Assembly (NCBI GenBank): GCA_963422375.2
Contig: OY729428.2
Span: 1,440,001 to 1,504,000 of the forward strand
Direction: 5' to 3'
Source: Bryobacterales bacterium
Lineage (GTDB): Bacteria > Acidobacteriota > Terriglobia > Bryobacterales > UBA6623
DNA length: 64,000 bases
Part shown: positions 20,286 to 30,223 of the stretch, in pieces
Layout: each line of letters opens with the position of its first letter
Position numbering within the stretch: position 1 is the first letter of the stretch
Notes under the pieces: model-generated
Seen by the model: only the letters and a program-made list of their open reading frames with translations
What the model was told of the DNA's origin: nothing
Databases searched by the model: none
Program-made: the position numbers and the translations under genes

Positions 20286-21791
20286 TAGGACAGTGTACAG
20301 CTAATCTCCCGCTCGCGCTGCTTCATGTCTGTCACGAGATCTCTCCTAGCTCCCGCAGGGCGCTGGCCGAAGCAGGCATCGAAGCTGCCGTGGCGTTAGG
20401 CTGCTCCCATGCGTCGGGTGGTTCACGTCTCGGAGTGCTGGGTCGAGAGCCTCTGGCAGCGGATCGGCTCGCATGAGCCGCTGGAGAGTGCAGCAGGATC
20501 GAGCTCGCCGCCCGAGGCGCCCGGCATGCCTGCCAGGCGCGTCGACTCCGTCGGAATCGACGCGATGGGCCAAGAGGGGAGCCGTCCGCTGCGAGCGATC
20601 ACAGGTTCTGTCTCTCACGCCGTAGGACTTGGCCCGAGGTCTCCGATTCTGAGTTGCGAGTTCCCGTGAAGGGTCTCCATGTGAGCAGTTGCGGAATCGT
20701 GCGGGCGCAGATGGCACCGGAATACATCCGGCCGGGCGCATCCGGGCGAGTGGATCCCACCGTCGTTGCCGGTGCAGCCGAGGCTCCACTCCCAGCGCCG
20801 GGTCATCACTCGGCCGCTGCCGGGCGCGGCTTCTGGTGGTTCTCGATCGGGCGGCCCGCGAGGTTGCCGCGAACCGTCCGCTAGCTTCCCCGAATCCCGT
20901 GCAGCTCCAGGTTGCGGCGCAGCAGGCTAGGACAGCCAGATAACAGTTCGGGCGCGTGACTGTCTCGCGATCCGAGTCCTTGCAGCCGGCAGGACCCGGT
21001 ACGCTCGTGGCGCTCGGCGGCCGATGCGTTGCGCTTCCACTGCTCCGCTGGTGCCGTGGTCGGCTCCCCATTCGCAGCCGCCTTGCCCGAGGTGGCCGCG
21101 ATTCGGCTGGCCCTAGCGGCTCCGGAACTCGCCCTGCGAGCGGGCTCCGTCAGATCGAGCGCGATGTCGTCCCAGTGCGCCACGGGCTCGCAGCACCCCT
21201 TGAGGCGTCCCAGTCGCTAGCGCTAACTCCGCGGCCTTCTGGGCGAAGTCCGCGAGCGGCAGATTGTTCCTCCCAATTCTCCGCGGGGAGTCGAACGTGA
21301 AGCGGAGGATGAACCAAGAGACCGGGTTGAGGTCCGAAGCCGTGGTTTCGCATTCGGGTCGCATGGGCACCACGGAGATGGAATCGGCGTCCGCTAGCGA
21401 ATCGAGCACCCTCGGAGCGCTGCCGCCGTCGGCTTCGCGGATCTCGGCGCGGATCTACTCGAAATCTGGGTCATGCTCCTGTCCCCGGTGCCAGATTCCG
21501 CCGACGGCCTCGCTGTTCCGCTCCAGTCATCCCACCGCCGGTGATGTGCTTGACGGTCTCTCCTAGAGCTGGCCAGCATGGCGGCGGTAGATCTCGCTGC
21601 GACCAGAGGCGTTGTCGGGATCGGGCCGGAGCGTTGAATTCGAGGCTGCTCTGTACGCCGGCAGCGGGTCAGGTGCGGGCCAAATGTGCAAGGAAGATGT
21701 ACCCGAGTCGCACTCGCTTGTTACAGTCGGAGCGAATCCGGCTAGGCGCCAGTGAGGCTTTCCGTTTTCGCCAACTTGGCAGCGACAGGAG

Positions 21792-23294
21792 CTAACGGCT
21801 GCCGCCCGCTCGGCGGATCCTCTTGAGCAGCTGCGTCATTCGCTCGACGCGCTCGGGTTCGTCAAGGTACAAGTTGCGCGCTTCGCTTGGATCGTCTATC
21901 AGGTTGTACAACTGTCCGTTCGGGATAGTCCGGTCGTACTGGAACGGGTGCCAGATCCCCCCGCTCACGGACCGCCCGCCGCCTCCTTGGAACATGAGGA
22001 GCTTCCAGTCCCCCTCCCGGATGCCGTAGCCGCCAAAGTACCCGTTGTGGACTAGCGAGGCCCGAACCGGTGTCGACTGGCTCCGGCCTAGGAGCGCGCC
22101 GAGAAAACTGTAGCTGTCGGGCCCGGCGCCTTCCGGCAGGGACTCGCCCAGCAATTCCGCAAGCGTCGCCAGCATGTCCGTCAGCGCCACGAGGGAGTCG
22201 GACCGGGAGCCAGGCTCGATGCGGCCGGGCCAGCGGGCCAGCAGCGGAACTCGCTGCCCGCCCTCGTACGCCTCGGTCTTCTGGCCTCGCAGCGGGCCGT
22301 TGACGCGGTGAGAGGGGAGATTCCTATGCACGGCGCCGTTGTCGCTCGAGAACACCACCAGCGTCTCGTCTCCGCTTCCGAGCCCGTCGATCGCGTTGAG
22401 GACTTGGCCCACCGACCAGTCGAGCTCGAGCACGAAGTCGCCATAGGGCCCGATGCCGCTCTTGTCGCGGAAGCGCTCGTTGGGAATCACCGGGCCGTGC
22501 GTGTTGCGGTGCGCGAAGTACAGAAAGAACGGCTCGCCGGAATTCTCTCGCATCCAAGCCACAGCCTTCTCGGTCAGCTGGAGGGCGAGCTCCCTGTGGT
22601 CGTAGAGCGCTCCGAGCCCGCCGGTGAAATAGTGCCTCGGAGGGAACCCGAGGCGTTCCAGGTAGGATGCCTTCGCCGTCCAGCGGTCATCCCGGTGGAG
22701 TCGCAACGGAGACTCCTTCGTGAGGCCGGCCACGCGGTGATTCTCGATGAAAACGTGGGGCTGCTGCCCTACGTGCGGGATTCCGAAGTAGTAGTCGAAG
22801 CCGACTTCGAGCGGGCCGGGCGCGATCTTCCCGTTGTAGTCGACGCCTGCGTCCGTCCAGTTCTCCCCTCCGGGCCGCCCGTAGCCGAGGTGCCACTTTC
22901 CGACCATTCCGGTCTTGTAGCCTGCGTCCTTCAGCAGCATCGGGAGCGTGTACCGGCCCTCCTCGATCAGCAGGGGATCGTCGGACCAGACGTTTGCCGT
23001 TCCCGCCCAGGTCCGCCAGCTGTACCGACCCGTCATTAATCCGTAGCGCGTGGGCGTGCAGACCGGATGCGGCGAGTGCGCGTCGGTGAAGAGCCGGCCC
23101 TCGTTGGCCAAGCGATCGATGTTGGGGGTCTCGTAGGCGGTTGCGCCGTAGGCGCTCAGGTCGCCGTAGCCGAGATCGTCAGCGAGGATGAGAACGATGT
23201 TCCTAGGTTGCTGGGCGACTAGCGGACAAGTCAGGGCGAGGGCTGCCAGAAGCCCTCCGGCCGCCAGCGATCTTGCTCTACACGTGCATTGCAT
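21792..23294 (-). CDS. Arylsulfatase (Cys-type formylglycine sulfatase)
   Basis: NIVLILADDLGYGD, CTPTR, GKWHLG and SSDNG motifs; signal-like leader. Start uncertain. Confidence 0.93.
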   Translation of the reverse strand: MQCTCRARSLAAGGLLAALALTCPLVAQQPRNIVLILADDLGYGDLSAYGATAYETPNIDRLANEGRLFTDAHSPHPVCTPTRYGLMTGRYSWRTWAGTANVWSDDPLLIEEGRYTLPMLLKDAGYKTGMVGKWHLGYGRPGGENWTDAGVDYNGKIAPGPLEVGFDYYFGIPHVGQQPHVFIENHRVAGLTKESPLRLHRDDRWTAKASYLERLGFPPRHYFTGGLGALYDHRELALQLTEKAVAWMRENSGEPFFLYFAHRNTHGPVIPNERFRDKSGIGPYGDFVLELDWSVGQVLNAIDGLGSGDETLVVFSSDNGAVHRNLPSHRVNGPLRGQKTEAYEGGQRVPLLARWPGRIEPGSRSDSLVALTDMLATLAELLGESLPEGAGPDSYSFLGALLGRSQSTPVRASLVHNGYFGGYGIREGDWKLLMFQGGGGRSVSGGIWHPFQYDRTIPNGQLYNLIDDPSEARNLYLDEPERVERMTQLLKRIRRAGGSR

Positions 23295-23779
23295 GGGGTG
23301 GAAGCGACTGGATCCCAAGGAAGCGTCTGCGCAGTCCCGTCCCGCGATTGCCGGAGCATGCACCCGGCCATGTCGGTCCGATGCGATTGCCGGTCCGGCC
23401 GCCAGTGTCAGCAGGTTCGGCCTGGCTGGCAGTCAGTGTACCCGATGCCCGAGCCGAGGATTCCTACCGCCGTGCGCGCGGACGTGTCCATGCGCTTCCT
23501 TCCAAGCCGTGGGGCCGTGACCGAGGCCACGAGGCCCTGGCGGGCTGGCAGTCCGCGACGGAAGCCACGGGAGGGGCGAGGGACCATTGAGGCCGATGCA
23601 CGAGCGCCCGGCACCGTCGTCACGCGCCAACCGGGCTTGCTCGGAGAGGTCAGCAGCAGGCGAGACTCGCCCGTTGTCGGGTCAGTCCGAGCTTGGAATC
23701 GCTCCGCTGCGACGGCTGGCGCGGAGGAGCGAGCCTCTCGGCTAGGCATCAGGGTCGATGACGACAGGGCGGACTGGGA

Positions 23780-23856
23780 TGGTGGGCACGCCCGGACTCG
23801 AACCGGGGACCTCCCGCGTGTGAAGCGGGCGCTCTAACCAACTGAGCTACGCGCCC
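23780..23856 (-). tRNA. tRNA-Val, anticodon CAC, CCA encoded
   Basis: Reverse complement GGGCGCGTAGCTCAGTTGGTTAGAGCGCCCGCTTCACACGCGGGAGGTCCCCGGTTCGAGTCCGGGCGTGCCCACCA folds as a full cloverleaf. Confidence 0.97.
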
Positions 23857-24117
23857 TGCGCCTTCTGATGCCGATCTGCGAAATGACTCCCGGCGGTCCT
23901 TCGGAACGTCGGCTCGGCACCCCACCTGATTGTACAAGGCACGGGAGAAACCGGTACCGCGGTGCGGCTGCCCGCCCCGGCGCCGCCGGAATGAGCCGCG
24001 TGGCGGTGCGCTCTCGATTCCGATAGAAACCGAGGAATCAAGGCCCGCGAGGGCGCGGCCCGGCCTAGCCGCCGGTCGGTCCGCTTGCGCCTGCGGGAGT
24101 CGCTGCAAGCTCTCCAG

Positions 24118-25569
24118 TCAGTAGCCGAGATAGACGGTCTTGTAGTCTGTGTAGAAGTCTAGGGCGACCGGCCCTTGCTCCTTGGGTCCGAAGCTGGACT
24201 CCTTAGACCCTCCGAACGGCAGCTGGTATTCCACACCCGCACTCGGCAGGTTCACGGTGATCAGGCCCGCTTCGATGCGGTTGACGTACTCGAAGATCCG
24301 GGACACGTCGCGGGTCTGGATCGAGGCCGAGAGGCCGAACTCCGTGTTGTTCGCGATGCGCATGCAGTCATCGAAGTCCGTGGCCCGCATAACGCAAAGG
24401 ACTGGTCCGAACACCTCTTCCTGCGCGATCCGCATCTTCTCGGTCACGTCGCTGAACACCGTCGGCTGGAAGAAGAAGCCCTTGGCGTGCTCGCCTTCGC
24501 TCAGGACGTGCCCCCCGCACTCGAGTCGCGCGCCCTCGCTCTCCGCCACGCGGCAGTACCTGTCGTTCGTGTCGAGCTGGTCCTGGTCGATCGCCGGCCC
24601 CACCTGCACGTCGGGCCGCAGTCCGTCGCCCACGCGCAGCGCCCTCGCGGACCTGACGACCCGCTCGAGAAACTCGTCGTGGATCGCGTCCTCGACGATT
24701 ACTCGGCTGGTCGCCGTGCATTTCTGGCCCGTCGAGAACATCGCGGCGTTGATCGTGTTGCCGACGGCCTTGTCCATGTCGGCGTCGGCCAACACGATCG
24801 TGGGGTTCTTCCCTCCCATCTCGAGCTGGATCCGGATCCGGCGGGCGGATGCCTGTGCGTGCAAGACTTTGCCCACCGGAACGGAACCCGTGAACGAGAC
24901 TGCCTTAACCGGTTCGGCATGCACCATCGCGTCTCCGACTTCTCCCCCCGACCCGCAAATTAGGTTCACCACCCCCCTGGGTATCCCTGCCTCGTGGCAC
25001 GCCTCGGCTAGGCGCCAAGCGCAAAGAGGTGCGGCCGTGGCCGGCTTGACCAGCACGGTGTTCCCGGCGACTAGAGCGGGTGCCAGCTTCCACGCGGGGA
25101 TCGCGCTGGGGAAGTTCCACGGGTTGATCTGGGAGACCACGCCTAGCGGCCTACGCACTGCGTACATGAAGACCCGGTTGCGCTCGGAAGGCACTTGGAT
25201 GCCCGGGATCCTCGAACCCTCGCCGCCGAAGTAGCGGAAGATGTTGATCGACCGCATCGTCTCGCCTTTGGCCTCGGGGAGGGTCTTGCCCTCCTCTCGC
25301 GTCATCTCGCGCGCGAGGCTGTCGAGATTGCGCTCCAGGATGTCGGCGACCCTGTACAGGTAGGCTCCGCGGGCCGGACCCGTGAGCGCCGACCAGGCGC
25401 GAAACGCGTCCTGGGCTCCCTGGGCCGCGACATTGACATCTGCTTGACTGGCCTTGCAGAAGATCCCGACACAATCGTCGGTGTTGGCGGGGTTGAGATT
25501 GGCGAACGTGCGGTCGGACGTGACCCACTCGCCGTCGATGTAGTTCGGATAGGTCTTCGGTTTGCTCAT
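24118..25569 (-). CDS. NAD(P)-dependent aldehyde dehydrogenase (alpha-ketoglutaric semialdehyde DH-like)
   Basis: PWNFP, FTGS, LEMGGKNP, GQKCTA and EEVFGPV motifs. Confidence 0.95.
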   Translation of the reverse strand: MSKPKTYPNYIDGEWVTSDRTFANLNPANTDDCVGIFCKASQADVNVAAQGAQDAFRAWSALTGPARGAYLYRVADILERNLDSLAREMTREEGKTLPEAKGETMRSINIFRYFGGEGSRIPGIQVPSERNRVFMYAVRRPLGVVSQINPWNFPSAIPAWKLAPALVAGNTVLVKPATAAPLCAWRLAEACHEAGIPRGVVNLICGSGGEVGDAMVHAEPVKAVSFTGSVPVGKVLHAQASARRIRIQLEMGGKNPTIVLADADMDKAVGNTINAAMFSTGQKCTATSRVIVEDAIHDEFLERVVRSARALRVGDGLRPDVQVGPAIDQDQLDTNDRYCRVAESEGARLECGGHVLSEGEHAKGFFFQPTVFSDVTEKMRIAQEEVFGPVLCVMRATDFDDCMRIANNTEFGLSASIQTRDVSRIFEYVNRIEAGLITVNLPSAGVEYQLPFGGSKESSFGPKEQGPVALDFYTDYKTVYLGY

Positions 25570-25731
25570 CGGGGGCTTCCGGGCGCCGCTGCCGCCCCTC
25601 CGGGGCACGGGGCGTCGCAACGGTCCATCATCGCACGCTGCCCCGCTGGGGCAGGGAGGCCGTCCGCAGGAGTCCGTCATCGCCAGATCCGGCGGCTAGG
25701 ACTGTCGCGCGCCTCGCTACACTGGTTCTGT

Positions 25732-26493
25732 ATGAGTCGTCCCTCGCCTTCGCGCGCGGCCTTGGTCACCGGTGCCTCTCTCGGCATCGGCGCCGCCACG
25801 GCCCGCGAGCTGGCTCGAGGCGGCTCGGCCGTCGCCGTGCATTTCCACTCGAGCGAGCGGGAGGCCACGGCCGTGGCCGAATCGATTCGCGCGGCCGGCG
25901 GTGTCGCCTCCCTCTTCCGCGCCGACCTGTCCGACGCCGGCCAGTGCCGCCGGCTAGTAGACGAGGTGCTCGGGCACTTCGGCAGAATCGACGTCCTGGT
26001 GAACAACGCGGGATCGCTGCTCGGACGCCGCCTCCTCGCGGAGATCGACGAGGGGTTCTGGGGTGCGGTCATGGACCTGAATCTGGCCAGCGTGCTGTGG
26101 GTAACCCAGGCCGCGGCCGCCCACATGCGGAGACGCGGCTCCGGATCGGTCATCAACCTGGGGTCGATCGCGGGTCACAACGGCGGCGGTCCGGGTGCCA
26201 TCCTCTACGCCACCGCGAAGGCGGCCGTCTCGGGGATGACCAAGGGCTTGGCGAAGGAACTTGTCGCGGACGGGATCCGCGTCAACGCGGTCAATCCCGG
26301 CGTGATCCTGACTCCGTTCCACGAGAGATTCTCGAGTGCCGAGCGCATGCGGGACATGGTTTCTCAGATTCCGCAGGGCAGGGCGGGGAATCCGGACGAA
26401 GTGGCGAGGGTGATCGCCTTTCTGGCCAGCGAGGCGGCTTCGCACATCGTCGGCGAGTCGATCGAGGTCAATGGCGGGATGCTGATGGACTGA
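25732..26493 (+). CDS. SDR family oxidoreductase
   Basis: TGASLGIG, NNAG, YATAK and NAVNPG motifs. Confidence 0.93.
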   Translation: MSRPSPSRAALVTGASLGIGAATARELARGGSAVAVHFHSSEREATAVAESIRAAGGVASLFRADLSDAGQCRRLVDEVLGHFGRIDVLVNNAGSLLGRRLLAEIDEGFWGAVMDLNLASVLWVTQAAAAHMRRRGSGSVINLGSIAGHNGGGPGAILYATAKAAVSGMTKGLAKELVADGIRVNAVNPGVILTPFHERFSSAERMRDMVSQIPQGRAGNPDEVARVIAFLASEAASHIVGESIEVNGGMLMD

Positions 26494-26990
26494 CCCGCCA
26501 AACGAGAGTCCCGCCCGCCGGTGGCGAGAATCCTGCTCGGCAAGCCTGCCGGAGAGCGTGCAGGACGAATTCCCCGACTCGCAGGCCCGGACAGAATCAG
26601 GCCAGCCCGGCGAGGGCAGCTGCGGGCGCTCCGCCCGTGCGTCGCGGATCGGTTGGCACCCCGGGAATCGGGACCCTCGCGGAAGGCACCGGGCGACTTG
26701 GGCGCCGTCGATTGTCCTGTCCGACTTGCACGCTGATTCACCGCCAGTGGACGGAGCGCGTCGGCTCCAGAGTGGCCACCTGCCGCGCGGACGTTCCGAT
26801 ACTTGCGTGCCGGCCTCTCGCTCAGCTGCCTAGCGTGGCGGTTTAGACGGGGGATCCGCCCAGGTGTCCTGAACTCGTCGGCCCGCTCGCGGCCCCGGCG
26901 CGATCTGGCGAGCATGCCACCCAACGGGAAGAGGGTCTCTCGCCCGGGGCGCAACGCCATGCGCGTCGGGGCCTTGCGGGATGAGTCGGC

Positions 26991-27284
26991 TCAGGCGCTC
27001 GCCCGAGCTTTCACGAAAGCGTCGCGGCTGGCCTCCGACTCGAAGTAATGGATTGTGCCCCGCACCCTGGCGCGAACCGCGTGCGTCGGGTCCACGTACG
27101 TTCCGGTGTGGGGGTCCCGCACGAGCTTTCTGTTGCCCGGCGGGTCGACCTTCTCGCCCTTGCGCTGGGAAGGCTGGTTGATCCCCATCGAGCGGGTGAC
27201 GACCTTGCCGATCTCGCGAATGATGTTGCGCACGATCGCCAATCCGATGACGCCGACTATCAGTAGCAGTACGTTTCGCAACAC
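26991..27284 (-). CDS. Small membrane-anchored YHS/TRASH-like protein
   Basis: N-terminal TM; LVRDPHTGTYV...HYFESEASRDAF (TRASH-like with the Cys residues replaced); SD GAGGAG. Confidence 0.7.
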   Translation of the reverse strand: MLRNVLLLIVGVIGLAIVRNIIREIGKVVTRSMGINQPSQRKGEKVDPPGNRKLVRDPHTGTYVDPTHAVRARVRGTIHYFESEASRDAFVKARASA

Positions 27285-27338
27285 CGCTCCTCGACCTCCC
27301 AGCCTCCGCGGGCCCGCGCGGCTCGGACCGTCAGGCCG

Positions 27339-28472
27339 CTAGTTCCGCTTCCGACGCTTCTTCGGCTGCTCGAAGGTCGTCTCGAGTTTGCCGCTCAGGC
27401 TCTGCACCATCGCTTGGGCGCTGCCAGCATACGGCCCCTGGGGCTCCAGATCTATGTATTTCTGATACGCTTCGACCGTGCCGGGCGCCGGAATCACTGA
27501 TCCGTCCTCCTGCATCGTCGCCGTGCCGACCAGCGCGGTGGCGAGCTGGTAGTAGGCGTTGGCGAAGTCCGGTTGGACTTCCGTGGCCTTCGTGAAGGCG
27601 CTGATCGCGCCGTCGGTGTTGCCCGTGTTCACCATCACGGCGCCTAGGTTGAAGTAGTAGGTTCCGGCGTTCTCCGGGGCGAGCTGCGCGGCCGTCTCCA
27701 GCTCCGCCGATCCCTCCTCGATGCGCTCCAGTCGGACCAGCAGGAGGCCTAGGTTGTTGTGGTAGGCCGGGTCGGGCTTCAACGCGATGGCCTGCCGGTA
27801 GGCCTTGATCGCCTCCTCGCCCACTTGGTCGCGCTCCGCGCCGGTCTTGGTTGACACCAGCCCGGCCAGCGCCTCCGCCATGTTGCCCCAGATCACATCC
27901 TGCTCGGCATCGATCTCCGCCGCCGCGCGGAAGTGCTGCACGGCCACCTGGTAGTCCTTGAGGCGCTTGGCCTCCATGCCGGCGTTGAAGGCGTCGTTCA
28001 GCTTCTTGTTCTTGCTGATCTGCTGCTGGCGGGCCTTCAGTTGCTGCTCGTACTGCTTGCGCTGGGCCTCGCTCATCGCCGCCAGCTGATCCTTGGACGG
28101 CCCGGCGCCGGAGCTTGCGGCCTGGCTCTCCCTGCGGATCTCCCCCAAGTCGAAGTTGAGCGGCTTCTCCTCGCCCAGCTTGACCTGATAGCCGTTGATG
28201 CTGTAGACCTGCTTGCCGTCGATCTCGAGGCGCACCATGTACTGCCCGAGGGGCAGGCCCGCGTGGAAGAAGTTGCCCCGCTTGTTCGTCTTGACCTTGT
28301 AGTTGCCGCGCACGCCCACGCGCTCGATGAAGACCATGGCGTCGCGCAGGCCTTGGCCGTTCTCGTCGATCACCTTCCCGCGCACGGCGCCGGTCTGCGC
28401 CCAAGCGCCCGTGGCCAGCACGGTCAGGATCAGCGTCCCGAGGACGCAGCAGCGAATCGTGTTCCTTGGCAT
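27339..28472 (-). CDS. Secreted TPR protein with N-terminal carboxypeptidase-regulatory-like domain
   Basis: Signal peptide ...AWAQ, GKVIDENG, multiple TPRs (YHNNLG, YYFNLG, AYYQLA). Confidence 0.88.
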   Translation of the reverse strand: MPRNTIRCCVLGTLILTVLATGAWAQTGAVRGKVIDENGQGLRDAMVFIERVGVRGNYKVKTNKRGNFFHAGLPLGQYMVRLEIDGKQVYSINGYQVKLGEEKPLNFDLGEIRRESQAASSGAGPSKDQLAAMSEAQRKQYEQQLKARQQQISKNKKLNDAFNAGMEAKRLKDYQVAVQHFRAAAEIDAEQDVIWGNMAEALAGLVSTKTGAERDQVGEEAIKAYRQAIALKPDPAYHNNLGLLLVRLERIEEGSAELETAAQLAPENAGTYYFNLGAVMVNTGNTDGAISAFTKATEVQPDFANAYYQLATALVGTATMQEDGSVIPAPGTVEAYQKYIDLEPQGPYAGSAQAMVQSLSGKLETTFEQPKKRRKRN

Positions 28473-28616
28473 GACAGCGGTTTCCTTTCGATCAGAGCCC
28501 TTACGCTAACAGTAAGGATACAGTATCGCAGCGGCAGGGCTTGCGGCAACCCGTCGCGCCCGCGAGGCGCTCGCGTCGCTGCTAAGGTCGCCGCGTCCGA
28601 GACCTGCCCCCTGCCT

Positions 28617-30125
28617 ATGAGAGACGCGATTGCACCGCGGCGCGGTTACTCCGTCGGCCGTGCCATCTCGGGCGACTTCGCCGCCGAGGAATTCGGTCTC
28701 GCGGGCCGCGAGATGGTCGATTGGATCGCCGGCTACCTCGGAAGTGCCGACCGCGCCCCCGTTGTGCCATCCGTCGGCCCCGGCGAGCTCGTCGACAAGC
28801 TGCCGCACGACGCCCCCGCGGAGGGCGCGCCGCCAGCCGAGCTGCTCGCCGAGTTCGAGCGCGACATCCTGCCGCACGTCGTCCACTGGAACCATCCCGG
28901 CTTCATGGCCTACTTCGCGGCCGGCGGATCCTCTCCGGGGATCTTGGCCGAGGCGCTCTCCGCCGCGCTGACCAATGTCGGACTCCTCTGGCGCTCCTCC
29001 CCCGCCTCGGCGGAGCTGGAGCAGGTGACGCTGCGCTGGCTGGGCCGCTTGCTCGGCCTGCCGGGCGACTGGTTCGGGGTCATTCACGACACTGCCTCGA
29101 CGGCCAGCTTCCACGCGATTGTCGCCGCGCGGGAGCGCGCCGCTCGCGCGGCGCGCGACGCCGGAACAAGGCTCGACTTGAACCGGATCGTGATCTACGC
29201 CTCCGACCAGGCGCACTCGTCCGTCGAGAAGGCCATGCTGGCTCTCGGGCGAGGCGGGGATTCCTGCCGCAAGATCCCCTCCGACGGCCGGTACGCCATG
29301 CGGCCTCAAGTGCTGCGCGATGCCGTGGCCGCGGACATCCGGCAGGGCTTCGCACCCGTCGCCGTCGTGGCCACCGTCGGCACGACGCCCTCGGCCGCGG
29401 TGGATCCCGTCAAGGAGATCGCGGAGGTCGCCGCCGAGCGCTCGCTGTGGCTCCACGTGGACGCTGCCTACGCCGGCGCGTCCGCCATGCTTGACGAGCA
29501 GCGTCGGCATTTCGCCGGCTGCGATCGCGCCGACTCGTTCGTCGTGAACCCGCACAAGTGGCTGTTCGTGCCGATGGACATCTCGGCGCTCTACACCGCG
29601 CGCCCCGAGGACTTCCGGAACGCTCTGTCACTCGTCCCGGAGTACCTGCGCAGCCAGGACCACCCCAGGGCGGTGAATTTCATGGAGTACGCCGTCCCGC
29701 TCGGCAGGCGCTTCCGCGCGCTGAAGCTGTGGTACGTGCTACGGGCGTTCGGAGCGGACCGTCTGGCCGCTACGCTTCGGGAGCATATCCGCATCGCGCG
29801 CCTGCTGGCCGGCTGGGTCGAGGCTTCGCTGGACTTCGAGCTGCTCGCGCCCGTGCATTTCTCCCTCGTCTGCATCCGGCACCGGCCCGCGGGCGCGAGC
29901 GAGGCCGAGGCCGACGAGGCCAGCGAGGGACTTCTCCGCGCGGTCAACGCGAGCGGCGAGTTCTTCCTCTCGCATGCCAGGCTCTCGGGGCGGTACGCGA
30001 TCCGCGTTGCGATCGGCCACGTCCGCACCACTGAAGGGCACGTGCGGCGGCTGTGGGACCTCTTGCGGGATCTCGCCCGCGGTGCCGGGAGCGACCGGCG
30101 CGATGCCGTCGGCGCGGCCCGGTGA
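28617..30125 (+). CDS. PLP-dependent group II decarboxylase (aromatic L-amino acid decarboxylase-like)
   Basis: HWNHPGFMAYF, SPASAELE, AHSSVEKA, WLHVDAAYAG, NPHKW, GRRFRALKLW. Start uncertain. Confidence 0.92.
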   Translation: MRDAIAPRRGYSVGRAISGDFAAEEFGLAGREMVDWIAGYLGSADRAPVVPSVGPGELVDKLPHDAPAEGAPPAELLAEFERDILPHVVHWNHPGFMAYFAAGGSSPGILAEALSAALTNVGLLWRSSPASAELEQVTLRWLGRLLGLPGDWFGVIHDTASTASFHAIVAARERAARAARDAGTRLDLNRIVIYASDQAHSSVEKAMLALGRGGDSCRKIPSDGRYAMRPQVLRDAVAADIRQGFAPVAVVATVGTTPSAAVDPVKEIAEVAAERSLWLHVDAAYAGASAMLDEQRRHFAGCDRADSFVVNPHKWLFVPMDISALYTARPEDFRNALSLVPEYLRSQDHPRAVNFMEYAVPLGRRFRALKLWYVLRAFGADRLAATLREHIRIARLLAGWVEASLDFELLAPVHFSLVCIRHRPAGASEAEADEASEGLLRAVNASGEFFLSHARLSGRYAIRVAIGHVRTTEGHVRRLWDLLRDLARGAGSDRRDAVGAAR

Positions 30126-30223
30126 CGCTCGGGCCGAAGCCGAATGCGCCGACCTAGGGCCGCCCGGCGCGCCGGACGCCCCGCCGGGCAGCCCGCCTGT
30201 GTACAATTCATGCGGAAGGCAGC

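Noticed and set aside
21113..21530. Degenerate excisionase/antitoxin-like ORF
   Set aside because: Only weak resemblance (VLDSLADADSISVVP) with in-frame stops; cannot be assigned.
14330..23856. Genomic island integrated at tRNA-Val
   Set aside because: No integrase and no duplicated tRNA 3' end found.
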